The notes below the pieces were generated by a model. That model did not search any database. It had not been told where the DNA came from and worked only from the letters and a program-made list of their open reading frames with translations. Positions 12,901 through 27,249 of a stretch of 64,000 nt of DNA are shown piece after piece. Source of the stretch: Klebsormidium nitens (lineage: Eukaryota; Plantae; Klebsormidiophyceae); contig DF236970.1 in NCBI GenBank assembly GCA_000708835.1, forward strand, positions 62,001 to 126,000, given 5' to 3'. How positions within the stretch are numbered: the first letter of the stretch is position 1; each line of letters opens with the position of its first letter. The position numbers and the translations under genes are program-made.

Positions 12901-15900
12901 TCATAGTCCGAAGACCCTGGCTGTTCCATCGTCTGAGCCAGATAAGATGAAGCTTCCATCCCTGCATGATGAAGAACGATGATGTCAGATCATCAGAACC
13001 GCTTGGGATGGCACTCCTCAACCACCGGCAAGGGTCTTCAAAATGTGCGCGTATGCGTCGAATCTGACCTCAAAAACTTGAAATCAGCGATCAGTGTGAA
13101 TTGGATTCAACGACCAAACTTAGCCGCCAAGCCGCCAAGCCCATGCATGACGACAAGAGAGGACTTTAAGCGCCCGCGATTGTAGAGGCATAGTCCCACC
13201 GTACTATCAGTAAAACGACAAGTTCAGCAGCAAAGCGACCCATTCTGATCTTGGCACAAGCACTTGATCAAAAAGAACGCGCAAAATCAGATTGCTATCA
13301 ACTGAAGACGGGCCCCCAAGCTGTGAAGCGCAGGCACTTCATTGGAGACGAGAGCAACAAGTTCAGAGATTTTAACTTACGCCGTGATCGCCATGTCGAG
13401 AATGTTGTCTTTATGGCCCTCGAACTTGCGTTCGCAGTTGCCCCTCCGTGCGTCCCACACGCGGATCGCCCTGTCCAAACTGGCAGTGTAAATAAGGGGC
13501 GCCGACGGATGCCAAATGAGCCGTACGACTCCATCCTGCAAAACGTTGAAAATGAGTCGAACGCGCGTTGATGACGCATTCATCGTTCGAGAAGCACAGC
13601 ACCCTTTCAATGTTGGCCAGCCAGAAGTAGAGCGGGCTTTCTGCTTTCTGTGCTTTTTGGGGAAACTATCAGGCCGCCTGTTGTATTCTTTTGGCCAGGA
13701 GAGACAAAATGTATGATGATTTGTCCTTGTATTGCGCACTAAAGGATGCAGGTGTGCTCAAAAATAGCGTGCATTCAAGGCGTGGATATGCTGAGGCCTT
13801 CTCAGTCGCCGAGAACCCTCATCACTTCTGAAGCTCCCGCCGTAATACGTTATGCATTTTTACGATGTTTTCGAAGACGAGCAATGTCTTATTGGAGGTC
13901 GCTGTCAGGCCCGGTTTCTGAACGCACCACAGCGGACCCTTATGGAGCCAAAAGAAGACAGAACAGAAGAGTTCAGCGCCAGCATTCTTACGCCGTGTTC
14001 CCCTACAATTCGAACGGCCAGACTTTGCAAATCCCAGACCATCAGCTTGCCGTCGAGGCTCCCCGTTGCGGCAAGCGGTAGCCTGCAGAAGACGAGGAGG
14101 CGGTTCAGAGAAGCCCCCAAGAACCCAAGGAACTCGTCCTGGTCTTGCAATACTAGCTTGAGTGGGATCTTTACTTGCCTTCCGGTCTCCGCTTAGTCAG
14201 GATTCCATGTAAACGAAGGCTTCCTGGGACGAACGGCCCGTGGTCTGCTGTACACAGACAGGGGCTTTCCAGACCGAGACAACGGCTGACCATGTTCTTC
14301 AGGGCGGGAAAGCAAAAGCAGTGCGTTTTACCAAATCAAGCAGAGACCCAGACGGCAAAGCGCGGCCTCAAGGCTGCTGCACCGTTTGGGCACACACTTT
14401 GCTTCGAGTTGCGTCAGGGACGCATAATCAACAGGTTTTTGGACTGCCGTTCCGCCGTCGAAATGCGGTTTTGAATGAGCGCCTGTAAGAATAGCCTTAC
14501 TACAACCAGAGTCTGGCAGAGACAAATACTTGACCGTTGCAGGGAACGCTGCTCTCACCCGGGGCACAAACCGACCGTCTCCACGGAGTTTCCATGCCCC
14601 TCCAAAGTCCCTAGAACCTGCAAGAAGCCCGTGCGAACACGCGTCACCATAAGCGTGCTTCTTGGAACCGCTCTAGGTTGACACCCTCTTCATGGGCATG
14701 ATTAGAGCAGTTTTGCTTGTGACGTTCGTTTACCCCACCCTTTTTGTGCAGAGTGAACCAGAACAACTTCGATCGTGGCTTGAGACCGGAGCACCTCGAA
14801 TAAAAACACAGAACGATTCTTCTATCTGGTACGGCAGCCCGAATTCTCACGTGCAACTGCCTCACCCGCTCAACTTTTCGGCATCTTGTGATGTCAGTCA
14901 AAACCCCATTTTAGACCAAGTCAGAAACAAGCTTTTCTTGAATCACGACCAGACCTTTCCAAACCCTTACCTTTCCGTTTTGCAAGTGTACCAGCCGCGC
15001 AGTCTTGTCCGTCGATCCCGTGATCGCGATGGCGGAATCCGCTGACACGTGGAGGCTTGTCAGGCCTTCCTCGTGGAACGGGTGGCCCTGGAAAGCCGCC
15101 ACGCACTTTCCGCTCTTGGGCGACCACACGCGCAGGCTGCCGTCCGCGGAACCCGTCACTATTGACTTGCCTGGAAAAAACAAAAAAGCAGTTTCTGAGT
15201 CTGCAAATCGAGTGGCGGCGATGGCAGAGCACAACTGTATTGAGTCATCTGATGCAACACAAGTGGGCTGCCGTCCGCGGAACCCGTCACTATTGACTTG
15301 CCTGGAAAAAAGCGAAAGTGGGTTTTCGAAACCGCCCGCCAGAGAAGTCGTGTCTATTTGCAAGGAGCTTTTGAAGGGCTTTAAGATACATCGAACTACA
15401 ATTGGCCTGCCGTCTGCGGATCCCGTCACCATTGACTTGCCAGGAAAAGTCGAGCACGTTGTAGCAGGTGTGAATAAGCGCCTCACCGTCAGGTGTGAAT
15501 TGGCCGCAGGTGACGGCCCCGTTGTGCCCCGCCAGCACTTGCATGTTGGCGCCCGTGTCCGCGTTCCACATCCACGTGGTGAAATCCTCCGACCCGGCCA
15601 GGACCACGTGGCCTCGTGGGTGCCAGCTCACCCACTGTAAAAGGACAGCCGAAAGACGCTGTCAGAGTGTCTCTTGATTTCGTGCCTCTTGATCCCGTGT
15701 CTCTTGATTCCGTGTCTCTTGACACGCTGTCAGGAAGCGCGTCTTGATTATGTCGGTGAGACAAGGTAGTTGAGCATCTTTTCGTAAACGACTTTGTGAA
15801 GTCGTCCGACCCGGCCAAGATCACGTGGCCTCGTGGGTGCCAGCTCCCCCACTGCGGAAAAATGGGTGCTCACTTAATGGGAGGTCGCTTTGACTCAGCT

Positions 15901-18203
15901 TGCTAAGTTTTTGATCTGCTCACTGTCAAAAACGGGGTGCGCATATTTGGGCTTGGCCGGCACAGTCGGACTTTCGGCCTGTCCAGAATGTCGCCTTGTT
16001 TGGGGTCTCTGATGTCGTTGCTGAAAGAGACTGCGATCAAGCGGTGGAGTGAAAATGGTCGAAAGAGACGATCCCGGCAGGAAAGGAGAGCGCCTGGTGG
16101 CACTCCTCGGAAGCGGAGAGACGGGCCGCGTCCTGTGGCTTTCGTCGCACACTTTATGAGAGGACCAGAACCTAGCTCTTGGAAACAGGAGAGTGATTCT
16201 GGACATATGCAACCAAAGACGTTTGATTTAGAAGTTTTCGACCCTGCCCACTTACTACAACAGTTGCATGCTGGAAGTTCTTGCACTTAGCAGGAACAGA
16301 TCGGGCTAGAAGCTACCACACACTTTCGGATCCGGAGCAAGACATATGCCAAGGCGCAGATGCGCAGTCTGACTTGGACGACGGGCCCCGTCACTGAAAC
16401 AGACGTCTAGAACGCCCCACGTTTCTTGCTCAACAAAAATTCGAACTTAGAACACTGTTCGAAAATATAAGCAAAAACTAGCAGTTTCTCACCTCGATCG
16501 CATCCCCCGGCCCCTCCAGCTTATGCTTCTCTTCTCCTGTGTTGGCGTCCCACACAAAGACGAGCCCGTCCAGGCCCCCGGTCGCAAGAAGGGCGCCGTC
16601 GTTGCTGAAAGCTAGACTTGCCACCGAGTCGGTGTGTCCTGAACAGTGAACACTAAGTTGTGAATATGAACGGGGTATTGGGGTCAACCCATTCCTGATG
16701 GGTTAGGTCGTTCACGGGAGATGTCGAGTATTGAGGCCTACCAAATTGAGTATCTCCGGAGAGAACCCCAGCATCGGGGCTTGCAATTTTAGCACCACGA
16801 AAAGGTTTGACGCAGCAATGACGTATCTAACAGAAGGTGGTAGATGGGACATTATTTGCAGCAGTTTTCTTTTGTTGAGTCGGTGGTAACCGGGACTCAA
16901 CTTCGAACAACCCAAGCAGACCCACCGGGCAGGGACGCAGTCCATGACAGATCGATGCGAAGAGGTTGTGGGTTTCCGGGTTCAGATTCCTTGGGCAGCG
17001 GCCTTGAAAAAGACAATTTCTTAATCTGACAGTTCCTACAGATTTTGATCACATGTCAGCCTGACCAACATGCTTGCACTCGGCTCGAGCAACACACAAT
17101 TGGGCTCTTGAGTCGGCTTGACTCTCTAACATGGCCTTTTAAGAAAAGACAGGTGCTATGCCACAATCAACCAACAATTACAAATAGACCCATCTCGGTG
17201 CAGACGAGGTTTAAAGTGGGCGTCTGCACTCGCGAGTGCACCTGGACATCGGACGGTTTAAACGTCCGAATTGAATCTATCGGACGGCTCAGAGTTGGCC
17301 TTCTCGAGGCTCTCCTCAGGACTCAGACTCACTAGTGTGCATTTCCCGGCTTTGGAATTTGACGCCCACTTTAACCGCAGAGCGAGAGGAGACACAAGGG
17401 GCTTCTCACCTTTCAGTTGGATCGGCTCCTCCTCTACTTGCCCTATCCGCCACAGGAATGCGCTGTCGTCCCCACCTCCAGTCGCCACCAGACCCATCGA
17501 TTGGCCGCTTGCCGCCACAGCGTATACCGATTCTGTGGGGCGAGGGGAGACCGTTACAGATGTTCAAAACTGACTTCTTACTCCCCCACGATCTTTGTTG
17601 TCACCCGAGTGGCTATCCTTGGATCGGGGGAAGCAATTGGGAGGAGATTATTGTTTTTCTGGGCCACAGGAGACACGCATTACAAAGCCCCGAAAGCATA
17701 GTTGTCACACCGGGGTTTCCATTCCCAGCCCCATCAAAAGACAGGCAACCCTGTACGCAACAAACCTGACGCACGGGGCTTGAGAAGGCATTAGGTCTGC
17801 CTTCGATTTTTAAAAAGTGTTCGGTCCAATGAATACGAACGAATTTCGGTACCCGGGCCGCGGGCCCGATGCTTGGCTACCATGGACAAATCGCAGGACC
17901 TCAATACGTCCATTAGAGATTGATCAAAGGCTACTTTCGACTCCCAACACTCTGCCTAGGAATATCACCCATGAAACGTGCACTTTCCTTCAGTTGTTTA
18001 CTTCCCAAGCGACTCCAATTCAAGCGTCAATGACTGCTGTGCACCTCACCGTGGTGTCCTGAGAAGACGTGCACTGCATCGTCCGCGCCCTCCTCTTCCT
18101 CCTCTTCTGGCTCCCCTTCTTCTAAGTTGAGGTCCATGATCGCTTCATCTCGGTCCTCATCGTCGTGCAAGGGCACTCCCTCTTCGTGGTCTTCGTCTTC
18201 CAT
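12901..18203 (-). CDS. AAMP: WD40-repeat protein, AAMP/Sqt1 family (uL16/Rpl10 chaperone-like), ~378 aa, 9 exons
   Basis: Exons: 18050-18203, 17410-17532, 16493-16638, 15487-15634, 14971-15170, 14559-14617, 13992-14082, 13381-13535, 12901-12961; GT-AG, phases consistent. Acidic N-terminus followed by WD repeats: LVATGGGDDSAFLW, GHTDSVASLAFSNDGALLATGGLDG, WVSWHPRGHVVLAGSEDFTTWMWN, GHPFHEEGLTSL, ILSGSDDGTARVF. Confidence 0.9.
15656..15733. repeat. 15-bp minisatellite (GTGTCTCTTGATTCC, ~4 copies) bracketed by 10-bp direct repeats ACGCTGTCAG
   Basis: Units start at 15667, 15682, 15697 and 15712. ACGCTGTCAG occurs at 15656-15665 and 15724-15733. Confidence 0.85.
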
Positions 18204-20359
18204 CGGACTCGACCCTAAAAGCGAAGGAGACCTCTCAATCTGAGTGTTTGCGAACCGACCTCCTCGTTGGACAAAAGCTACACTATTATTGATCAGGATA
18301 GAGTGGTGGGAGTGGGACACGTCTGGTCTTCAGAGTTAAGGGGTCAAAGGACCAAGAGATGTGATTGAGGAAAATCTGGAAACCTTGCGCAGACACTCAT
18401 TCATTTTTTGGGGGGCATCTGGTCCAAAATGGTACTGACAACAAAGCGAGGTCAGGCATGGTGGCTCTTAAGAGCCATATGAGGTACTGAGTAGACGTAC
18501 TTCCCTTACGGGGGACATCCTTGAAGTGTTTCGCCCTCCTTGCATCCCCCTCCTGTCTTTTGTCTTCCCAACCGAAAAATAACTGGTACCCAGTGCTTCA
18601 AACAATCGCAAGACTTACAGATAGAGGGAATACTTTTGAGGGGTTCTGGTTATTCAGTACCTGACGGTGGGCTGCCATCGGCCATTGCAGAAGCACCGGA
18701 ATCTACTGGAAAGTGTTCGTGCTCCCCCCTTCTAGGCCTGCCAAAAGACCACAAACGAAGATAACAATTGGTCAATGAAAAACAATTCGGCGTTCCTTGG
18801 CTTTGATTGAAGTCCCGACAACCTCACATGTTTGCACCATCAGAGAAGACTGGAAAGGCAGCATGCATTGGTGGCAAGAAGGGAGGTACAGTCAATGCTT
18901 CCCCTTACCACGTAGATCACGATAATTAATCGTGTAAACACATACAGCAACGGTTGGAAACAAAACCAAAGCGAAAAGCGGGAATGCGCTATTCGCTTAC
19001 TTTCACCACTTATCACCGGAGAATTTGTCCACACAGGCACTGCGTATGGCCAATGAGAATGACGAGAATTTCAACGGGCCGGGGATAATACCAGAACTGC
19101 GTTTTACTGCAGTCGAGAATCCATTGACCTCCTCTTAGTCCAGCTGGCTTGGGATGCCTATCTGTCTGATGTGCTAGGACGAACCACCCGCATGCATCTT
19201 CAAGCCCAGTTGATTCCCAAGCACGGGCCACACACATAGCTTTATGGCAGTTTTCATCTACAACGCAGCCTTTTCACAAACAACCAGCAGTCTCACCAAC
19301 TTGAAAAAGTTGCATATTCATGGATCCCAAGAACCAGTGCGAAGTTTGCAAGTGACGTGATTCAAACAGGTGGAGAAAAGCACACCACCCAAGCGGCCAC
19401 CTACACCACTGCCCCTATCGACACTAGCGCACTTTGTAGATATTGAAAGCAACAGAACTTGAACACGAATGGAAGGACCAGGAAGCAAGGCTGATGATGA
19501 TCTTACTCTAGGCCACTGTCTTCCTCCATTGCCTTTGCCCACAATGGTGGTGTTATATCTACTTTGTCCAGTTACCACAAATGCAAGGCTTCCTACTCTG
19601 ATACTTTCACAACAGCCCGCTTGGCAACGGCCTTCCTGTCTCAGTGGCCTTCTGGAGTTGCTACTAAAATTCTTGGCCGCCACCACGTCTGCAACTTGCA
19701 AGGTCCAAATGGCAAGACGGCGTCGGCATTCAATTTGGAAGCAGTGCCAGAACTTGGAGAAGCATTGCCATTGGAAGTGTCCAGCCCCCGAAGTTGCAGC
19801 TGGAAGGTCAAGTCCTCAGGGGGGTCGAACCGAGGGAAATCGAACCCCCCATAACGGTTGGAATCCGCTGAGGGGTTCAACTGTGAGGCCTATTGAATCC
19901 CCCGAAAAAGTAATTCTATTTTGCATTCGTCGTCCTCTGCTCTTCCAGATTGAGCTCGTTCCAGCTTGAAACTTCCTGAGGCTGCAGCAGCAAAGGCCTT
20001 CGAAATCTGAACAGGATCACAAGGTGCAAAGCGTCTCTTCTGGCTTTCTTGCCACCAGCTTCACAAGGCGGCGTTGCTGTAAGTCTGCCGTCATTTCCTA
20101 GCCCCCTGCTGCCTCTGTCGGCGCTCAAGTAGTCGCAGGAGTATGCCCTGCTATCCGCTCAGTGCCAGAACAAACAGGAGCGGTTGACAATTTCTCAACG
20201 TTGATTATTGAAATAGGATCCCGATCGTGGACGACTTTCTGCAGATATTGGTTGGGAGGGGCAGGATCACCAAGCTGCTCTTCTCAGTTCAACTTTGATT
20301 GCTGATAAAAGTTGGCCTAGAACAAGATACCACATTTGATTAGTGGGAAGGTTTGCGCA

Positions 20360-20494
20360 ATGTCAGGCGGTTGGGTGGCCGAGCAGGCCAACCGGCCGCG
20401 AGTGGTCTATGAGGAGCGTACCACAGATGTGAGGGGAAGAGCCAGAAAGAAGGCAGAGCTGAAGAAACTAGATGCAGAACTAAGAAATCTGAAG
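20360..20494 (+). pseudogene. Isolated exon-like segment (MSGGWVAEQANRPRVVYEERTTDVRGRARKKAELKKLDAELRNLK) of an unidentified, possibly decayed gene
   Basis: ATG at 20360, 45 open codons with a coiled-coil-like composition, ending at a perfect AAG|GTAAGT donor. No complete gene model could be built. Confidence 0.3.
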
Positions 20495-23400
20495 GTAAGT
20501 TGTTGACACATTTTCTCGTAAAAATGGTAAGGTCCAGGAGACTCGCTTTACATGTTGCAATTTCCAAATGTGTCGTACCCGCATGAAAGGGAGTGCTTGA
20601 TCACAGCAGGAGAATTGCAGATTGAGGTCTTTGTAAGTGAGTCCGTCGATGTGTGTTTGAAATGTCGCTAGTGTCTGCCAGCTTGTTTGTCTATATGGTC
20701 AACCGAAGGAGTGTGTTCAAATCTAAATGATCTACAGCACCCACGCAACAATGAGGCCACAAATGCAAATGTTCAGGGCTTTAAAACTCTGCTGAATTCT
20801 TATTATGATAACTTTCAGCTTCCATTCGCCTGATCTATGTGGCTCCCCAAGGAGATCAGAAATGCAGTCATGCAATGAAAACTTAGGTCCTTCGCTCTTC
20901 GATGTCTTCCTCGTCATTTCATTTAGAACACGTAGGATCAGAAGCTTCGTTTTTGCAATCGCTCATCAAAGAGGGCTCGTCTCTGGTCGCAATTCAAGAC
21001 CCTGCTGAGCAAGTGATTTGCCAGGCGGACCCTGGCAATTTGGTGTCTCCATTGTTGAGCTTAGGAAGGCTTGCCATCTTTCAGACAGGACCAAATCACG
21101 AGTTTGTGAGTAGAGTCAAAGGAAGTTTATTTAATTACTGAGGTTTCTTCTTTTTTAGTACTTTGACGATGAAACATGCCTGCCACAGGGTAGTTTGACT
21201 GGCTGGTAAAATCTTTCAGATGTAAGGTTCTACTTTCCTTGCTCATGAAAGGGGAAGAGTGGGTGGCTGGCCCCGAGCAAAAGCAATCCTTGATATACTG
21301 TGTTGCATTGCGCGTTAGTCCTTCTTACTTCGTGTTTTAGTTTGATAGTAACCAGAAGTATTGATAAATGACCTAACGAAGGCTCTCGGAAAGAAGGAGG
21401 TTGGTGAGTGTGGTCGGATGAACTCTAATCCTCCTTTCCCATCTGCAGGATGAGTTGGACCACCTCTCGCAATTACCGCCCGCCACCGATGCCTGCAAAC
21501 AGTAAGCCAAGTGTCTACTTCTGTCCATCATCCTACAAACAGATGGTTCCTTCACAAAGAGCTCCCCATGCCAATGTTTCTTCAATCCTGTGTCTTTTTC
21601 TTTTTCTGGTCAAATCATAGCGATCGAGCAGGAAGCATCCCTTCAATATGGTAGTGCTTCCTCTTCAAGTTTCTCACGTCGCTGTTGCTTACAGGCTTCT
21701 CACCCATTTCCACACGTACCCAGATCCCTTCCTCGACAGGTAAGCCACCGACAGCATTGCTGGTCATGGATGATCACGTCCTACGTAGCAATTTCATGCT
21801 TGTTCCACGACTTATTGAAAGAGGAAGTTTCATTCACCCTCATGTTTCACACCGATTGTCGTTGGGGTCTCCTGGACTTCCTTTCTCGGTTTTTGTGTTC
21901 TCGTGTTGCTCGAAGGTTGTCAGCCTCAATAATCTAGGAGTAGGTTTGGTTGCAAATTCTCGTTTCAAATCAGAGACGGTTGGAGCGTCATCTTTTCACC
22001 ATTCATGAGTTTCAGGAACGTGAATGCCCTTTGCATGAGCGCCTCCTATGATTGGGCCGTTCTGCTTAGCGGTTGCAGCAAGGTTCAAAATCGTACTTTT
22101 CTCGTCGACAGTGTCCGTTGGACTGGACCGTATGAATTTCTGTGTCTTTGGTCAGGACGTTGTTCGACCTTACTCTCGTTTGAAGATTTTATTTAGGCCT
22201 AGCTGTGGACTTTCAGATAGACCAAGTCGAGTCTTCTGAGCAGCTTTCTGCCTGCTCGTATCCTGCTCAACCCATCTTCTGCGTTTGACTAGTCGGATGC
22301 CGGTTCTGTGCTTTTTGAACGGTATGGTTTTCTGCCTTCTGCAGTTTCGACTTTGAATCCAAGCCCAACCGGTGGGTGGCGGCGCCCAAACGAGGCGTCA
22401 TCAAAAAGGCGACTATGTGTGGCTGCGGAGGGTAGTAACCTCGTGCAAGGACCCAGAGTGAGGTTTTGTCACCACTAGAGCTGCCAATGAGCCCAGTCGA
22501 GGTCTGGTATCGTGTGCTTAGACTTCCAATTTCCAGAGCAAGCCGGCCGAGTATATTGTCTTGGTTTATGAAAAAAAGAATTCATACTACAAAAGTTGCA
22601 TCATGTCGTTCGAGTGTCTGACGAATCCAATAGACCCGCTGGCACTAGAGCCTGAAGTTGGGTACTAACTTCTGAAAGCATGCCTGCCAGCACTTCTTGT
22701 TGACGCAATTTGCGGTGTGCCGAAGTCAGTGTATTACAGGGCCTGAAAAACACACAGCGCGCCGGCCACTGTCCTAGCTCGGCCCAGTAAGTTTTTCAAC
22801 TTGCGCTTACAAATACGTATGATTAAGGTCACTGACTCGGTACAGCCTAGAATCCAACATGCCCTTTAATAGCTCGCGGGTTCGCCATGTACGGCTTGCA
22901 CAATCGCACGTTTATAGTACATGCGATGGTGATCAGATTTATCTTTGCACGCCAACTTATCATTCAGAGCCGAGCAGTACCTGATCCTAGTACGCTTGTC
23001 TTTAAAGCTGCAACGCAGTGAGTAATTAAACATGCATGACTCAATTCGCGTATAGTACGTATATTTATGCATTGTATACATCATGCAAATTTGACTGCTT
23101 GACTAGCTTCAATTTTATAATTATCCATGTGCGAATAATATCACTTTTAAGTTGAGCAATATACCTAGCTGACACGTATGTACTGAGATACGGTGGTTTG
23201 TATTAAAGCTTAAGCGCATACAGGTGCACAAGCAGACTCAAGTCGCATTATGATTGCTGCGCATGTACGTGCAGCTCCAGCTTGGCATGCCTCTTCCGCA
23301 TATAGCTTCCATGAGGGGTCAGCATGGTTGATATTGCTAAATTGTGAAAATAGATGCACGATCCGCTAATGCAAAGAGTTGAGTAGAATTGATATGTTAA

Positions 23401-23571
23401 CTTTATTGCTCCAATCGAAGGTTCCGCTAAGAAACTAGTCAGCTACCTAGCGATTTGTAGTTTGCTCATGTGGAAAGTCACTCACAATCGGCAAACTCTC
23501 ATAGTCAGGTCCCACAGTCCACTATATGCACAATGTATTTAATCAGGTCGGTTGGATGCAAAGGTGCTTGA

Positions 23572-25255
<1,684 letters not shown>

Positions 25256-25944
25256 GGTGTCTGCTTATTCGAGCCCTGCTTCTTTGAATTATGTGCTGCC
25301 GCAAGCAGCAGGCACCACAAGACACCAGACGTATATCCAAATATTGTGACACTGCCCTTGGAAGCGGTTCGCAACGCCTTACAGTAGTCTTTGTTTCACA
25401 AGACCAGACAAATCAACAGCGGCGAAAGAAGGCAAGAATCGTTTCGATGATAGGTACGCCGTAGGCTCCGGTCGCTTGACCTTCTGTCCGCTGAGCGAGA
25501 AATTGCAACAACATGCAGCTGGAACAGCTTGCAAGCTCCAGACAGACAATTGACTTCATCATTATTCATGAATGAAGAAGCAGCATGCCATTGCCAGACC
25601 CGCGCGCAGGACTCAGGAAGCGACGTCCAGAACACCTTCTTTCGTCCCGGGCAGTTTAGGTGTTGGTTTTAGCCGCGAGGTTCCAATTCTGCGCAGAGTC
25701 CCGAGCCTTGACTCCTGAGTCTTGACCACTTTTGTTGTGGTCTACTTAATACCGGTCAGTAGCAAACTCCTGAGAAAGGTGCCCGGGTGGAAAGCGCCTG
25801 ACAAAAATGCATCCGTCTTCGCAGTCCGTCGATATCCCGGCCTCAGCTTGTGCGCGCGCGACTTTTGAAAGATAACCGTTTTGTGCAACCGCCATCATCC
25901 CTGCAGATGTGCGCGCCGCGCCACGCGACCGCGAGGAAGTCGTG

Positions 25945-26850
25945 AACCAGGTACGGTACTTACCTAGGCAGTAGGTAGTCACGTACCTACCTATGGAGAT
26001 ACGAAAGTAGGTACCAACGGGTACCATGTAGTAGGTACATACCGGTAACAGACCACGATATACCGGTGTGCCGGCACGTGAGTCCTGACGAACTAGGTCT
26101 CATGNNNNNNNNNNNNNNNNNNNNNNNNNNNNNNNNNNNNNNNNNNNNNNNNNNNNNNNNNNNNNNNNNNNNNNNNNNNNNNNNNNNNNNNNNNNNNNNN
26201 NNNNNNNNNNNNNNNNNNNNNNNNNNNNNNNNNNNNNNNNNNNNNNNNNNNNNNNNNNNNNNNNNNNNNNNNNNNNNNNNNNNNNNNNNNNNNNNNNNNN
26301 NNNNNNNNNNNNNNNNNNNNNNNNNNNNNNNNNNNNNNNNNNNNNNNNNNNNNNNNNNNNNNNNNNNNNNNNNNNNNNNNNNNNNNNNNNNNNNNNNNNN
26401 NNNNNNNNNNNNNNNNNNNNNNNNNNNNNNNNNNNNNNNNNNNNNNNNNNNNNNNNNNNNNNNNNNNNNNNNNNNNNNNNNNNNNNNNNNNNNNNNNNNN
26501 NNNNNNNNNNNNNNNNNNNNNNNNNNNNNNNNNNNNNNNNNNNNNNNNNNNNNNNNNNNNNNNNNNNNNNNNNNNNNNNNNNNNNNNNNNNNNNNNNNNN
26601 NNNNNNNNNNNNNNNNNNNNNNNNNNNNNNNNNNNNNNNNNNNNNNNNNNNNNNNNNNNNNNNNNGTACCGTACCGGTACCTATTTACTTATTCAGGTAG
26701 GTACATCACAGGTACCGTAGTACCGGTGGGGTTGACAGGTACCTACTGTACCTACCTACCGGTACTTTTGTGACAGTTTGTGTACCGTCTAGCGTAAGTA
26801 GGTAGGTACCGATACCACCGTACTTGCTCTGGTACCTACCGTATCCCCGC
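25945..26850. repeat. GGTAC/GTACC/TACC-rich low-complexity repeat flanking an assembly gap
   Basis: Dense GGTAC, GTACC, TACCG and AGGTAGG words at ~25945-26070 and 26667-26850, on both sides of the N run. Confidence 0.75.
26105..26666. other. Assembly gap (N run)
   Basis: Run of N bases. Confidence 1.
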
Positions 26851-27249
26851 CACGGGCCCGCCACAGCTCTTCTTGCAGCCAATGCCGTTAGATGGCTAAG
26901 TTCAACATCGTCGGCGGGAAATGCTTGACCTCCGAGTCCGGAGTCCGGACTCCAGCCTGCCTAGCTGTCCTAAGCTATAGAAGTAAGTTCCCCCGGGAAC
27001 CAGTACCGATTCAAATTCCAAACACAAAAAGACACATGCTTGAACCGTCCGATTTGATGGGGAGAACCGGATCGTAGGCTGTCGTAGGCTCCGATATCTT
27101 GGATACAATGTTCAAATCTAGACCCGCAAGATATTTGATGTGCAGTGTGCACATCCGGCAATGATTGGGGGGGCAGAATTTCCGACTAGATAGTGATCAT
27201 AGCAATGCAGCCATATATGAGATTGGGTCCTTCTTCCTTATGCATACGA

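Noticed and set aside
26066-26773. 235-aa ORF in the track (and the 200-250-aa ORFs at 56711-57547)
   Set aside because: They are artefacts of translating through N gaps.
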